In this document: positions 13,178 through 26,589 of the stretch, in pieces
Position numbering within the stretch: position 1 is the first letter of the stretch
Layout: every line of letters begins with the position of its first letter
Origin: Eledone cirrhosa
Lineage: Eukaryota
Direction of reading: 5' to 3'
Assembly (NCBI GenBank): GCA_964016885.1
Contig: OZ024741.1
Coordinates: 152,954,001-153,018,000 of the forward strand
Length of the DNA: 64,000 nt
Program-made: the position numbers and the translations under genes
Notes under the pieces: model-generated
The model's input: only the letters and a program-made list of their open reading frames with translations
Databases searched by the model: none
Told to the model about the DNA's origin: nothing

Positions 13178-15005
13178 TTACCTCTTCGTCTCCTGGGGAC
13201 CAGGCTGCACAATTTCCATGGGGGTGTTGGAAGGGTTGTTTGGTGGGGTGGTGGTTTGTGGTGGGGTGAGGACATCAGTGTGTGGTGGGATTAGGGTGTT
13301 TGGTGGGGTGTGTGTGTCTGGTGTGGGGGTGGGGAAACATCTCAATAGGACGTGGTTAAGTGGTTTGGTGCAGTTGGTCCCCACATGCATTGGATGGTTC
13401 TTTTTCAAAGTTACATAGGTTTCCGTTGGGACCCTAATCATCATTAGGTGCGGTTTGTTCGCTGCGTAGGTGAAAGTGATCCCTTCGGTTTCCACCGAAG
13501 GGTTATTTTCTATTTCTTTCATCAACGTTTTATTGTTCTTGTTAATGTATGTATAGAGTTCTTGTTGTGTTGTGTTTGTTTTTGTGTGTTGTTCTTGTGC
13601 GTGTTTGCGTTTTGTAGTATGTGTTATGTTTTGGGGAGAGGTGGGTTTTTTTGTTTGAGATGTTTGTTCTGTTTGTGCTGGTGGTTGTGTGTTTGTAGCA
13701 TTTTTGTTAATGTGGTGCCTTTTTTTTCCTTTTCACTTGTTGAAAGGGTTCTCCCTCGTCGTCACTGGGTGACGTTGATACGGAGTCCTCTTCCGTGTTG
13801 TTAGGGAGGGGTATATTTTGGGGTTTTGTTGTGATTGCTTTTGTATTTGTTTTAGGTGGGGAGGGCTTGGGTGGAACAGTGTTTTGTGTTGTTATTTTTC
13901 CGTGTTGTGGTGGTTGTTGTTGTGGTGGTGGTGGTGGTGGTGGTGGTGGTGGTGGTGTTGTTGTGTTCGAGATTGGCAGAAGAGTCTTTTTTTTTTACTC
14001 GTTAATTGAGGACAGGCAGCCCTCAGGTGACCCCTGCTTAAGCAGTGGTAACATGACGGCCGCCTTCCCTCCACTGAAATGTTTATATAAGTTAGCCCGT
14101 CCAGAGGCACGCGTTGTGGGATATTCGCTATTCGTTCTGGGCTCATTTGTACCAGAACTTCTACGCTGGTCCCACCAAATACACCCCCCGGAGGACTTTC
14201 CTATTGAAATTATCTTGTCTTCATCAAAGTCAATGATTCCACATAGTATCCACCAAATATTTACATTTGGTGTGATACTAATTATTTTTATTCTTTGTGT
14301 ATTTTTTCCCCTGTATGTGGGGAAAAAGGTGAAGCGGGGGGACACAATGGGTGATACCGAGTATTTTTGTGCTGTTGACTGGTTGTTCATTAGCACCGAA
14401 ATGCTACCAAACAGTTTACCTTTTTGTATGAAGGTTATGTCCTTCATTGCATCTTTTAGAACCAGCACAATTTCATTTTGTGATAATTGAGCTGGTTTTC
14501 TTGTTTCGTTCGATATTGTCCTGAAAACTGTGGTTTTCAGGACAGCCTCTCTACGTAATTCCTGTGGAAAATTGATGCTAAAAGCACCGTTTTCGCCAAA
14601 AGTCACGAATTGTTTTGCGTCTTGTAGTAGTTGTTTAGCATTTGTTATGTCAATTGGCGTGTATAGTTCGTTTTTTTTTACAGTCTGTGCGAACGTTGTT
14701 TTGGTGTTGTTGTATTTTTTGTTGCTGCTGTTGTTGTCACTGTTGGTAATATTGTTCATGTTTTCCTTGGTGTTGCTATTGTTGCAGTTGTTGGTTGTGG
14801 TGTTATTGTCATTGTTCTTGTTGTTGGTGCTGGTATTATTTACCGGGTTTGGTTTCGTGGTTTCAATATTTTCAACGTTTTTCGATAATGCGAGGGGGGA
14901 AGGCTGCAAGCTTTGTACTCCTACCTTCCCTCCACCACTTTTCTTAGTGGGCGTGGCACTCACGACAGTGTGCGAGGTGGAAATGGCATCCATTGCTGAT
15001 ACCAA
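13178..15005 (-). pseudogene. Tx1-like ORF1 (gag-like nucleic-acid-binding protein), frameshifted
   Basis: Upstream of ORF2 on the same strand; zinc knuckle CYHCLSRGHLRAACP in ORF 13892-14146; N-rich and P/T-rich low-complexity segments. Confidence 0.75.
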
Positions 15006-15505
15006 GTCTACACAGTTTTGAGATGAAAATGAAAATTTCGCCCCAGAAAGGGGCGAAAATTAGTTGACTCAACGTCTGAAGGCCCAGGCAAGGGGTTAAA
15101 CTAAACAATGCTATTAAATTGAGCAATGAACTCACAATTTTTTTGACAATAATCCGTAAAAATCCGGAGCGAAGTAATTCACGTCTATATCAAGTGGTAA
15201 TTGATATAGAGAGGGGGGTTGGAAGAGAGTTCCGCATAATAGATATAGAGAGTGGAAGAGCTTGGTGTTACTTGATATAGAGAGGAGAATTGGAAGAGAG
15301 AACCGTGTTGTACATATAGAGAGGGGAGAGTTTAGGGGTGAATGATATATAGAGGGGGGGATATATAAGTGTAGATATGAGAGTAAGAGAGTGTATTAGT
15401 CTTAGATATAGAGAGCGAGATAAGAAAGGCGGTGTCGTGGTAGAGTTTGGTTTTAGGAGATACAGAGAGAGGGATTTAAAGAGAATTGTGTGTGATAGTG
15501 GTGGC

Positions 15506-15778
15506 ACTCTCAGGTCCCAAATAATAGGAGGAGTGACAATAATGGGGGGGGGCGGTAGGAAATCAGTAATTGTATAGTGTAAGTTCGTAAATATGGAATT
15601 CCTTGTAATGTTCTTTTTTCATATATAATGTTTTTTAATGTAAAATAAAATTATTATTAGATTCTCCAGTTGCTGTATCAATATGAATCACTTGCAGATA
15701 GATTAGCTAAATTTAATAAGCGGGTGAGAGGCGGGTTGGAATAAAAATCGGGGGGGCGGTATTCAAGACCTGAGAATA
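15506..15778. mobile_element. MITE, Tc1/mariner-pogo-like (same family as 38416-38747 and 40300-40602)
   Basis: Imperfect TIRs CTCTCAGGTCCCAAATAAT / TATTCAAGACCTGAGA. Confidence 0.65.
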
Positions 15779-15952
15779 TGTGAATTATTGACGGACGTAA
15801 GAATGAAAACTCAATACCGAAGTAGAGTTTAAATATTCATTTATTATGGCTAATCCTTTTTACTTTGGAGTCTCACCTATATTGCACTGGATTTCGTTAT
15901 ATATTATAAAATAACAGGAAGCTGGACTGGTGTAATTCCTTTAAAGGTTTAT

Positions 15953-16012
15953 TACACTATGATCATTTCAATGACCGGGTTCAGTATGAATCCGGTGACA
16001 TCATCAGGTATT
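15953..16012 (-). ncRNA. Minimal type I hammerhead ribozyme motif
   Basis: Reverse complement: atac-CTGATGA-tgtcaccgg..ccggtcatt-GAAA-tgatca-TA-gtgt; palindromic stem III. Confidence 0.65.
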
Positions 16013-16303
16013 CGAAATATAACAAAGGAATATAATAGACAAAATCCATGGGGCTGAAAATCAGAGACATGAGGACGACCGAACATTTAGCAGCTTCTAC
16101 CCCGGTCGGCCGCCCTCAAGTCGTACTCGCACCACCAACTACACAAACGAAGACGGGTGAGTTGCATTACGTTGAGTGCTCTCCATAATATTACATCGAT
16201 GTTGACCATACGGAATGACTAGTTCTATCCAGTGGTGAACCAACAAACCTAAATAAATAATTAATATATATATATATATATATATATACAGGGAGAGAGA
16301 GAG

Positions 16304-16380
<77 letters not shown>

Positions 16381-16858
16381 ATAAATTGGGTATAATACCA
16401 GTTCTTACTAAATGCGAAGAAGCTCTATATATTAACTCCTTAGGAATGTGCAGAGAGCATAATTCTTTTTTAATTTAAAATTATATATATAACTACCAAA
16501 ACACACATCGATTTGGATATGCGCTACAATTTATGTACATGTTATGTTTATCGCATATCGATGTTTCCTAACCATTTTAGAGTGCAAATGGCTAAACTGA
16601 TCACTACAACTAAATTAATCACCACCCAATTCAGAAATGCTTCCGCCGACTCTGCTTGTTGTAGCTTAATTGCAGTAAATTAACGTTTTGTCCCTCGTCT
16701 CTTACTCCACTGGACAGCGTTTGACTCTTGTCAGACACTGTGATCCTTGGCGGACTAGCAGTACCGTTGGAAGGGGTCAAAACTACCAATTTCCACCACA
16801 ACGGCCGATGAACATGGAGTCATGTGCCGTTCGTTTGTATTTTTTAATTTTTTAATAT

Positions 16859-16914
<56 letters not shown>

Positions 16915-16959
16915 TGACATAGAAATACTCAGTTTGGTGCCCGAGAACGTGGTTAGCCT

Positions 16960-17290
16960 GCAGGGAGTAAGAGACCCCTAGTTCTTGTTGGGATACCATT
17001 CTAGGAGAAGGAAAACTGATGTAAAGCCTGCAACTCAATGGAAGCCAATGATATTGATCTGTTCTTCTTTTTTGATACGTGCCATCTTCGTTCAGAGAGT
17101 GGGATTGTTCCAGTGCAAGGCCTTTTCTTCACTTAAAACATCTTCAAGCGCAGGCATCACTTCATCTAAACGAATTTCACATATATTGCATGAGTATGGC
17201 TTTTTCTTTTTTCTTTCACTGCAGCATATGCAGAAAGGAATATAAGTCCTTGGTAGAGCTAAAAGGTTATGTTCGTGCTATTCATGTATG
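16960..17290 (+). pseudogene. Decayed RTE-like LINE fragment
   Basis: CTAGGAGAAGGAAAACT motif and a terminal C2H2-like remnant HCSICRKEYKSLVELKGYVRAIH. Confidence 0.35.
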
Positions 17291-17849
17291 AGAAAAATGT
17301 CAAAAGGTAACAATTATCGAAACCGAGATGCATCCATTATATATAAAGTTACGGCCCTTTACGGTCTGAGTTCAAATCCCACTGAGGTTATCTTTGCCGT
17401 TCATCCTTACGGGATCGATAAAATAAAGTACCAGTAATGCACTGGGGTAATTGCTGGCCTTGTGCCAAAAGTAGAAACAATTATATATAGTATGTATGCG
17501 TGTATTTAGGTGTGTATGCATGTATGTTGGTTGTATATATGTATGTACACATGCATGTACACATGCATGTACACATGCATGTGTGTATGTATATATGTTT
17601 GTATATATATATATATATACGTATCTATGTACACATGCATGTATGCATGTATGTATCTATGTATGTGTGTATGCTCGTTTGTTTGTATATATATACGTAT
17701 GTATGCTTGTTTGTGTATATATATATGTGTGTGTGTGTGTGTGTAGGTATCTATGTATGTTTGTATGTATATAATACATAAGAACAGTTTCAATTCTTAT
17801 CAGGTTCAACAACTTGTCTTGACTTCTACTAATCAGTCCGCCGTTTTCC

Positions 17850-18270
17850 ACAAATCTGAATCGGCGAACGATAACATTCCTGACCTCACCTCCATTACAT
17901 AGAATGGGAAAGACTGGATAAACATGGCATTATATTTCACAACACGCCTCAGCAGCACATGTTTATAAACTTGTTTACTAATCTCTACTCAGTATACAAT
18001 AATACGACCACAGACCCAGGTTTCACTGCCCCACAAGCTGAACTTCGCAAGCTGTTGAAGTTTCGACTGCTTTCCAATAGGTTTGTCATTGAACCTTTAA
18101 CGGTGAAAACTTCTGGTGTTCTAAGCCCCCGAACCACCTCTGCTATCAGAACGGAGTTGGCCACCTGCAAGAGTGAGCCCCGTGAATTGGAATAGCTATT
18201 TCAGCGTGTCTCCCTCACTATCCTTGGGGTAACGCTTTCTTTATTCTTTATTCTGTCCGCTGAGACCATG
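17850..18270 (+). pseudogene. CRE-clade non-LTR retrotransposon 3' fragment (restriction-like endonuclease)
   Basis: AELRKLLKF..L.NRF...P.TV.TSG...EPRELE*LFQRVSL..GNA matches the CRE-type RLE C-terminus. Confidence 0.6.
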
Positions 18271-19771
18271 AAGAGCTACCATACGCCTGGGACTTTGCAC
18301 GTCGGAGAGAGTTCTCCCAAACTGTCCTAACATATATTATAGTGCTAGCGATAGTGGTAGTGGTCTCTGTTATTATTAGTTTTATTCGTAGTAGTTATAT
18401 TATTGTTCCACAAACACACAAACAATATATGATTCTGACCGTCTGTGATTACATTATTATATTCATATACGTGACGAAGGAACTTCTATGTAGTCGCCCA
18501 ATCCCTCAGATATATTAGTTAAATCATCTTCAAATCACACCCGACCTGTCTTTAAAAATATTACGTGTTGGATCGTGCGATTCTTGCATATAGGAAAAAG
18601 ACGGGATGTACACAGTTGGAATGAGTTTGATCAAATGCCTCTTCGATCGGAGCTGACCAAGTCTCCTCAAACAGCAACTACAGCATAGCGATGTCATCTT
18701 GTTATAAAGAATAGTTAATAATGTAAAAAAATTAGATTAAATTTCAAGGACCGCAGAGCTGAGGGATGTCGATGGGTCTGGCACCTAAAGGGGGACCTGA
18801 GTGATACTTCCCCCGCCCATCATTTTAATGGTGCACCCTGAGATTAAGAAAACAATTTTTTCTTTTAATGTCCTGAAATATGTTCCCTTAATTAGAGTTC
18901 TAACCCAGCATGTTCTAATATAGGGCTAACGTGTGGCTATATATGGCTGTAGCAAAAAAAAAAAAAAAAATGTTTTCCCACGTCCACCTACGACCTCACA
19001 GGGAAGACAATAGATGAATTTCCCAGATGGTAAGATTTATGGCGCCAGTTGTATGAAGGAGAACATTGTCTGTGGCCATCTGTTATCTATCAGTAAAATA
19101 ACTAGCGGTCATTGTAAATAGGCTGTCGTGTGGCCCTAGCATCACTCAATCCACTACCTTCAGCCTGTATATATAAAGGTTTACTACATCAGCTAGTACC
19201 GCGCTGTCGATTACAGCTTGTCACTTTTCTCTTAAGGGAAGAAAACCATGGTAAATAAAAGATTTCTGCCCATCACTGAAGCTTTACTGAACAATATATT
19301 CATTTATGAACTCTACATTCATTTGTGAATACTATATTCAAATAATATATTTACGATTCGAAGTAATCATATTTTTTTCCTTTTTGCTGAAGTAAGTAAA
19401 GATATATTCAACTAGAATTGTTGGTATTTGTCGTGTTCGTCATTTCTTCCTCAACAAATAAAACTTCGCTTCAGGGCTCCCTCCTTCTCTGACACAATTT
19501 TCAGGAAACAAATAATAGTAAAGTACGGTATAGAAATATCCTACGTCAAATAATAGTTCAACTGAAATAAAATCACTGGGACCCCACCCCCCACAAACAA
19601 GTCATTTTTAGCTACGAAAAAATGTCTAAACCAAAATTTAAGTGTTTTCAGTGTTTGTTTGTTTCCCTTTGTATTTCATTATAGATTTTCACTGTTTAAA
19701 ATAAATTACCTTTGTAACAAAGGTAATTTATTTTTAAATTATTTATAAAATAAATTACCTTTGTTAAGGAA

Positions 19772-20405
19772 TGGAGCTCCGTCGGTTTCGACAACGAATG
19801 TTCTATTTGTTCAATCTATGCTGATGGAATTAATGTGCAAGTGGCTGGGCATTTCATAGACACGTGTATCTTTAACGTAATTCTCAACGAGATTCAGCGT
19901 GGCACTGTGTGTGACAGTGGTGGTGCGTGGCCTAGTGGTAAGCGTTGGTTCGATTCCTGGACTTGGTTGTGTGTTGTGTTGTTGAGCAAAACACTTCATT
20001 TCACGTTGCTCCAGTATACTCAGCTGAAAATGAGTGCAAGCAGTAGCTGGGGGTTTAACCCTGCGATGGACTGGCGTCCTGTCCAGGGGGAAGTCTTGTA
20101 CTCTCAGTCGCTTCACGCCACGGAAACCAGGATAAGCACCGGCCTGATGAGCCTCCGGACTAAAAAAGGAGAATAGATAGAAAAAAAACTGTGTGACAAG
20201 GTTGACCCATTGAATTATAGGTACAGTCGACCCAGTTGAATTCCAAGTACTTTTCGTCTACCCAATTTCATTCAAAACGCTTGGGTCATGAATGAAAGAC
20301 ACTTTATGACGTTTGACACTTTCCTAAGACGCCATGCAGTGGGTTCGAATCCGGGACCATATGATGACGATGTGTACTTTTTAACTATTCGGCCAGGCTG
20401 CGCCT
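19772..20405 (-). mobile_element. Older tRNA/CORE-like SINE, family B (other copies ~25020-25350 -, ~33735-34030 +, ~34660-34790 +, ~53525-53960 -, ~54495-54830 +)
   Basis: Copies are mutually similar; tRNA-like head with B-box GGTTCAATTCC (54545) followed by a CORE-like segment. Confidence 0.6.
19918..20188 (+). mobile_element. tRNA-derived SINE with CORE-like and V-like domains, nested in an older SINE
   Basis: A-box TGGCCTAGTGG, B-box GGTTCGATTCC, CORE-like TTGAGCAAAACACTTCA, V-like CTGCGATGGACTGGCGTCCTGTCCAGGG, A-rich tail, probable TSD TGTGTGACA. Confidence 0.75.
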
Positions 20406-22380
20406 ATTATTTTTTATGGTATTCAAATAGAATGTTGAGGATGCCGAATTGGCAGAGTCGTTAGAACGTTGGGTAGCATGCTTTGTCGTATTGGTTACGT
20501 ATCTCTGTGCTCTGAGTTCAAAGGACGCCCCTACGATTCAATCGGGAGTTAAGAGTCAAACGAAGGAAATAAAATGTCTCTTTTTCTCCTGTGAATTTGT
20601 AATTTTTTTTTTTCGAACTTCACAATGATTATACTTAGCATGCTACCTGGGCAGTTTTTGGGAGATGGTGACCTACCTACATAACTGGGTGATTAATCGC
20701 GTATAAATATGCAATAGCGTCTAATAATGTGTGAAGGAGGGGGGGTATTTAGCTTTGCCTTTCATCCTTACGGGGTCGATGAAATAAAGCACTGGTAATA
20801 CACTGGGGTCGATTTAATTGACTTCCCCTTCCCCTTCAAATTGCTGGCCTTGTGCCTAAAGTAGAAACAATTATTACAAAGGAGTCAAGGTAGGAAGAGA
20901 AGATCAGACAAGTTGGGGGTGGTGGTGCAGACAGAGGACATGGAGAGACGGTGTAAAAGTTGGAGTCTTAATAATATGGTCCCAGAGCGGGATTCTCATT
21001 ATCATCACCATCGCTGTTTAATATCTATTTCCCATGCTTGTGTGGGTTAGATAGGTTGTGATAAATTGGAGCCAATCTAGTCACGTGACCATGACTTGCT
21101 CATATGTTCCGTTTTTTTTTACTTGGTTTTCTTCGACCGGATGCTCCTCCTAACCTCAACCACTTTACAGTGTGTACTGGGAGTATTTCATCATGGCACC
21201 AGCATGGGCTGAGTGTATTTTATCGTGGCATCTGTACTATCACCTTACAAGACGGACTAAGTGCTTTTTGTCTTTAAAAGGTAGAATGGATGCTTTTTAT
21301 TATGGCACCAATACTACCTCTTTACAGAGTGGGCTTGGTGCATTTTATTGTGGCACTAATCTAAATAAACAAAATAATTCCATTATTGTTGTACATTAAA
21401 TATGTGTGTTTTACGAATAGTAATGGAAAGTAAGCAGGGGGTTGGCTGGTTTTATCAATTGTTAATTTTCGTTTATAATGGAAATTGCTATTTATTTTAG
21501 TTCATCAATTAACACTTTCACACCTGAATTATTTCTTCATACAGAAAAATAGCTTTTATGATTTAAAACAGTTCGTGTGGTGAATTGATAATAACAGCAT
21601 AATAAATATATCACGTGTCCTTGACTATAATGTTCTGAATGTCACCGTGCTGCTATTGAAATGAATATGATGATTTCCAAATGTAGCTATCGCTAGAGAA
21701 CTGAAGGATGAAATTGAAAAAAAAATAAATAAATAAATAAATAAAATGCAAACAAATCGTAAAAGCACGATAAAAATTACTGAATGCAATAACTTAGTAT
21801 GACTGAGAGCGGGGGGGGGGGGGTGCTTGCAATCTTCTGGGCAAGGAGCCAATCGTCAAATCGGACTAAGGAAACTGTTTCCAATGGGCTTTACATTCCT
21901 GATGTTGTTCTGCTGATCGCAATTCCTGGCAGCAGGAGGCGGGATTTCAACAGAACCGAATTAGATACAGCGAAGTATCCCGTCCGACTCTGCTAATTCA
22001 TCGCCCCTGGACTGGTACTTTATTTATATATTGTATAGTAATATGCTGTGTCAGTACAAGCAATGTGCATGAAAAAAAATCTGGAGTGGCCAAGCATTTA
22101 GAAGAACTACTTCCGAAGACTTTAGCAACGCACTATCAAACACATTCTTAAAGGAAACTACAGGATGGTGCGAAAGTCTTGTCACCCCCTACCAAAAAGT
22201 AATGAGAAACAGTTTATGTTCCCACCGCAGTATCGTCCTCTTCGGAGGAGCTGGTTTGCCGACTCTTGCAGTGAAGTCATGTCGCACATCCTCCATGCTC
22301 TTGCCAGAATGCACACGATCATGTGTCTATACACTTGCAAGCAGCCTCTCTTCCAAACTATAGGAGCTCTGAAATAGAAA

Positions 22381-22722
22381 ATTGGCAGTATCGGTAGAGG
22401 GTCGGACGCCATGCTTTGCAGCACTGAGTTACGGCCCTTTATGATCTGAGTTCAAATCCCGCCGAGGTTAACTTTGCCTTTCATCCTTACAAGGTCGATA
22501 AAATAAAGTACCAGTCACGCACTGGGTCGATTTAATTGACTTTCCTCTCCCCCAAACTTGATAGTCTTGTGCCTATTGAAGCATAGAGTTACGTCCCTTT
22601 ACGATCTAAGTTCAAATCCCGCCGAGGTTAACTTTGCCTTTCATCCTTATGGCGTCGATAAAATAAAGTACCAGTAATGTACTGGGTAATTGCTGGCCTT
22701 GTGCCTAAAATAGAAACAATTA
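22381..22722 (+). mobile_element. Two tandem family A SINE copies
   Basis: Repeated B-box and GCCTTTCATCC body. Confidence 0.85.
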
Positions 22723-22742
22723 TTATTAAATATTATAATTAA

Positions 22743-23213
22743 CTAGTAGTGGTACCCGGCGTTGCACGGGATAATGTATTTTGGAACGCGGGCCGCCAAC
22801 AGACCTAATCATGGAAAAACTACATGGCTGGACAATATGTAAAGAAAATAAACCGAAAAAAGCCCTAAAAAGCTGAAAAAATGAAGTTTTCACCTAATGC
22901 CATAAAAAGGTTGGATTTTCTTTGCTCACGGTATGAAGAAAAGACTGACTAATACATAGTTACAATTTCAAGGAAATCGATCTGACGTAACGCCTCAAAA
23001 AGCCCATAAAAAGCTGGAAAAAAACGCAGTTTTCACCTAATGCAGACCCTAGGGGATCAAAAAGTTAAAATTTGTATGTGCATAACACTTCCTGAAACAA
23101 TTAATACCCATGTAAAGTTTTTAAAAAATCGGTTGGGTACTTCTCGAGTTTTAGGGATTCAAACTCACAGACACACACAGACAGACAGACATCCTCAGTT
23201 TTATATATATAGA
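22743..23213 (-). mobile_element. Non-autonomous Helitron
   Basis: Reverse complement: 5' TCTATATATATAAAACTGAGG, (CTGT)n, 3' hairpin CCCGTGCAACGCCGGG followed by CTAG. Confidence 0.85.
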
Positions 23214-23235
23214 CTAGCAGTTTTATATATATAGA

Positions 23236-24237
23236 CTAGCGGTTTTCTGCTAGCAAATCTAGTGTATATACTGATATTGTTGAGATTTGGATGAGAAATG
23301 TTTTCAGCACCACATGTTCACCGTCTCTCGGTGTGTCTTTTATGCATGTATAAATATATATGTTATCTATACGGTGAAATCTTTGAAATAAATATATGTT
23401 AAAACGAAAAAGGAGAAAATAAATAACTGGTGGTTAGAAAAAAATATTCCTATGAAATTTTAATTATACTATTAGGTGTGAATAAGGAAATATTTTTTTA
23501 TTGTCAAAACAAATGTTCAAAAGTTAAACTTCAATTTTTTGAATTATTTCCAATTTTTTCATGAAATTGAACACTGGACATTGGCTGCTGGAAATGGAAA
23601 TTAAATTGTATTTAATTGTATTTAAATTTCTAACCTTATTTTATTATTTATATTTTTTCAATAAGAAATAAAAAAAAAAACAACAAAAAAAATTAAACAA
23701 AAAAATTGAACAAATCAAACGTAGGTTATGGAACTGCGCAATCTGATTAATAAATTACCTCATCAGCAGCAACCTTCTTCAAATGGTCCTTATTATCAGC
23801 AGCAACAACCACAAATTCAATGGCAACCTTCTTCAAACCACAAATTCAATGGCAACCTTCTTCGCATGGTGTCAAGTCAGAACCGCCTCGAACTGGTTAC
23901 TTCTGGCTTGTGCAAGGTGTCTCTATAGCAACCAGCGATTCCCTCGGCCTCAGTGACCAAAGTCAGTGGAGAGGGGAAGGTAATGTTTCTATAGCGACAG
24001 TGTTTCTCTTGGTAGTACCAAAGTGGAGAAAGGAAGGGGAAGGTAATATTTCTGTAACACGTGTTTTAGCGTCTATTCACTCTCTCTCTCTCCCTCTCTC
24101 CCTCTCTCCCTCTCTCCCTCCCGCTATCCCCCTCTCGTAGTCTGTCTCTTTCTTTCACTCTCACTCTCTCTCTACGCACGTGTTTCCACTGTCGGACAGA
24201 CAGACAGAGAAATTGGTGGTTATATATATAAGTAGAT
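23236..24237 (-). mobile_element. Probable further Helitron (different family)
   Basis: 5' TCTACTTATATATATAA with (CTGT)n at 24195-24237; CTAG at 23236 but no clear 3' hairpin. Confidence 0.45.
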
Positions 24238-24244
24238 GATATTA

Positions 24245-24265
24245 TCTATATATATAAAACTGAGG

Positions 24266-24359
<94 letters not shown>

Positions 24360-24916
24360 GTTTAAATCCCTAAAACTCGAGAAGTAACCAACCGATTTTT
24401 TTAAAACTTTACATGGGTATTACTTATGTTGCAGGGAGTGTTATGCACATCAACTTTTTTATTCCTATTTGGTAAACAACTGCGTTCTTTCAGCTTTTGG
24501 GGGTTTTTTTGAGGCGTACGTCAGACCGATTTCCTTGAAATTGTAACTATGTAATAGTCAGTCTCTTCTTCATACCGTGAGCAAAGAAAATCCAACTTTT
24601 CCTAGGGCCCACATTAGGGGAAAAACTTCATTTTTTCAGCTTTTTAGGGCTTTTTTGAGGCGTTACGTCTAACAGATTTTCCCGAAATTTCAAGGCATAT
24701 TATGCACATAAAAAAAATTCATTTTCTTGATCCCCTAGGGCCCGCATTAGGTGAAAACGTGCATTTTTCCTGCTTCATCGAGGAAAATCTTAAAGATTAT
24801 CCAGCCATCAGAGTATTCGGTTTATTTTATTTTCATATTGTCCAGGCATGCAGTTTTTGTTGGCGGCCCGCGTTCCAAAATACCTTAACCCGTGCAACGC
24901 CGGGTATCACTGCTAG
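24245..24916 (+). mobile_element. Non-autonomous Helitron (same family as 22743-23213)
   Basis: A|TC 5' end, (TG)n, 3' hairpin CCCGTGCAACGCCGGG, CTAG|T. Confidence 0.88.
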
Positions 24917-26589
24917 TATATTATATTATTAAAACAAAAAAAATGAAAATTAAAACAATATGTAACAAGGGGTGACAAGACTTTCGGACCACCCTGTACA
25001 ATGCAATGTAATCTACAATCGATGGGTCTCCGTCAGTTTCCTAGATGAGTATTCCAGTTGTTAAATTGACAGAAGAGCCTGCTCTTGAAATTAACGTGTA
25101 AATATCTGATCAGTCCATAGACATGTGTACTCTTAACGTAATGCTTAGGGAGAGTCAGCCTTTTAAATTACATGTAAAGTCTAACGGGATTCCAAACAGT
25201 TTCCACCCATATAGTTTCTCTCACAAGACATGAGTCGATCTGAAACTATGGTAAATGACGTAGGCTTAAGATGTTACACAGTGGGATTGAACCTAAGATT
25301 GAGCCTAATGATTGTGAAGTGAACCTCTTAACCATTCGGCCATGCTGCGTCCACGTTATAATATATACATATGTAGCAGTAATTTGAACTGTCAATAAAG
25401 TAGGTCAGGTCTCCACATATACTGATCCCTGGGCAACACGACATAGTCTGGAGAAACAGCAGTCAGAGACAATTTATAGGAGATAAGATTTTCTTAAGGA
25501 CATTCTGCTCTCGTTTCTCGGGAGGACAGACATCACACGGAGTTGCTTTCGCAGGTAGAGATATGTAGCGCTTAGTCAAATATTCTGGCCCTCTCGACAA
25601 GGGCCAACAGCAATTCTCCCATTGAAATGTCAACAAAGATCAGTTCACACAACACAATAAATATCTTTTGAATCATTGTACACACGCATACACCAACTTA
25701 AGACTTGTTTTCTTATTTTGTCAACAATAGCGTTGCAGCAGGTTATTAAATTACTAAATATATGTAGGTAACAATTTGTTTTTTAATTTCATTACCTATG
25801 TGATCAGAGTAAATCACTTACCCAAGGAATAATCACATCACCATCATCATCATAATGCACACTGTAGGTCACTTGCACACCCGCAATCTCTGGTCACACT
25901 GTATCAGACACATCAACTTCTCATAAACTACACAAATGTGACCACATCACAAATCAATTCACAAGTGAACAACGAACTACAGTACTAACATTACCAATTT
26001 ATCTCTCGCGCCACATCAAAATAAATTCAATCGCTACACATACACATACCTACACCTACCCCCCCCCCCCCACACACACACGTGTGTGGGTGGGTGTGTA
26101 TGTGTATTACTATTTTGTCCATTGTATCCTTCCTTCTTTAAAATAGGTGAGTAGGGTATTGCCTGCTATTTCCAGAGAGGTTGGCAACCACGTATAGCCT
26201 TGCTCTCTCATTGTTAGTTGATGGTTGTGACAGGCTTCGTTTAATTTTTTTATTACCCTCTTAAACTCAGAATGGCTTCCACGTTCTTCCTGCGATATAT
26301 TATATATAGTGTGTAAGTGTGTATGTGCGTGTGTGTGTGTGTGTGAGTGAGTTTGTGTGTGTGTGTAATTTTATAGACTATGTGTTTGTTCTACATCAAC
26401 CTTCTAGTCACGTATTCTACATTAGGAAATTATATTGTATTACAATGATTACAAAGATTATTGCTAGGAACCTCACAAATATAATACACACAAAAAACAT
26501 GACCAAAGCAAAAACAAACAAAAACAACCATCAATTCACCACCACGTGCAACAATCGGCCGCTCACCAAAAGGATCAACGGAATTTTTT

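Larger units (their letters stand above)
9470..15186 (-). mobile_element. Near full-length L1-clade (Tx1-like) non-LTR retrotransposon
   Basis: ORF1 with CCHC knuckle, ORF2 with APE, RT and zf-RVT, AATAAA near the 3' end (~9478); inserted in a 71-bp GA-rich minisatellite. Confidence 0.92.
22161..24996 (-). mobile_element. Decayed Tc1/mariner DNA transposon hosting nested SINEs and Helitrons
   Basis: TIRs CAGGATGGTGCGAAAGTCTTGTCACCCC / GGGGTGACAAGACTTTCGGACCACCCTG, each flanked by TA; HTH-like remnant YSLEERL..DF..R.GKPAPPKRTILRWE at 22200-22370. Confidence 0.75.

Noticed and set aside
9844-15021. Plus-strand and alternative-frame ORFs overlapping the Tx1
   Set aside because: Shadow ORFs of GC-rich retrotransposon coding sequence
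20120-20162. GAAAC...CTGATGAG in the SINE tail
   Set aside because: No NUH site or stem I in hammerhead topology; it is part of the SINE 3' region
23728-24140. Q-rich ORFs as a host gene
   Set aside because: Short, built on a 29-bp local duplication, inside a probable Helitron, with no recognisable domain
25380-25680. Possible LINE endonuclease remnant (..SHGVAFA..)
   Set aside because: Too decayed to support a call
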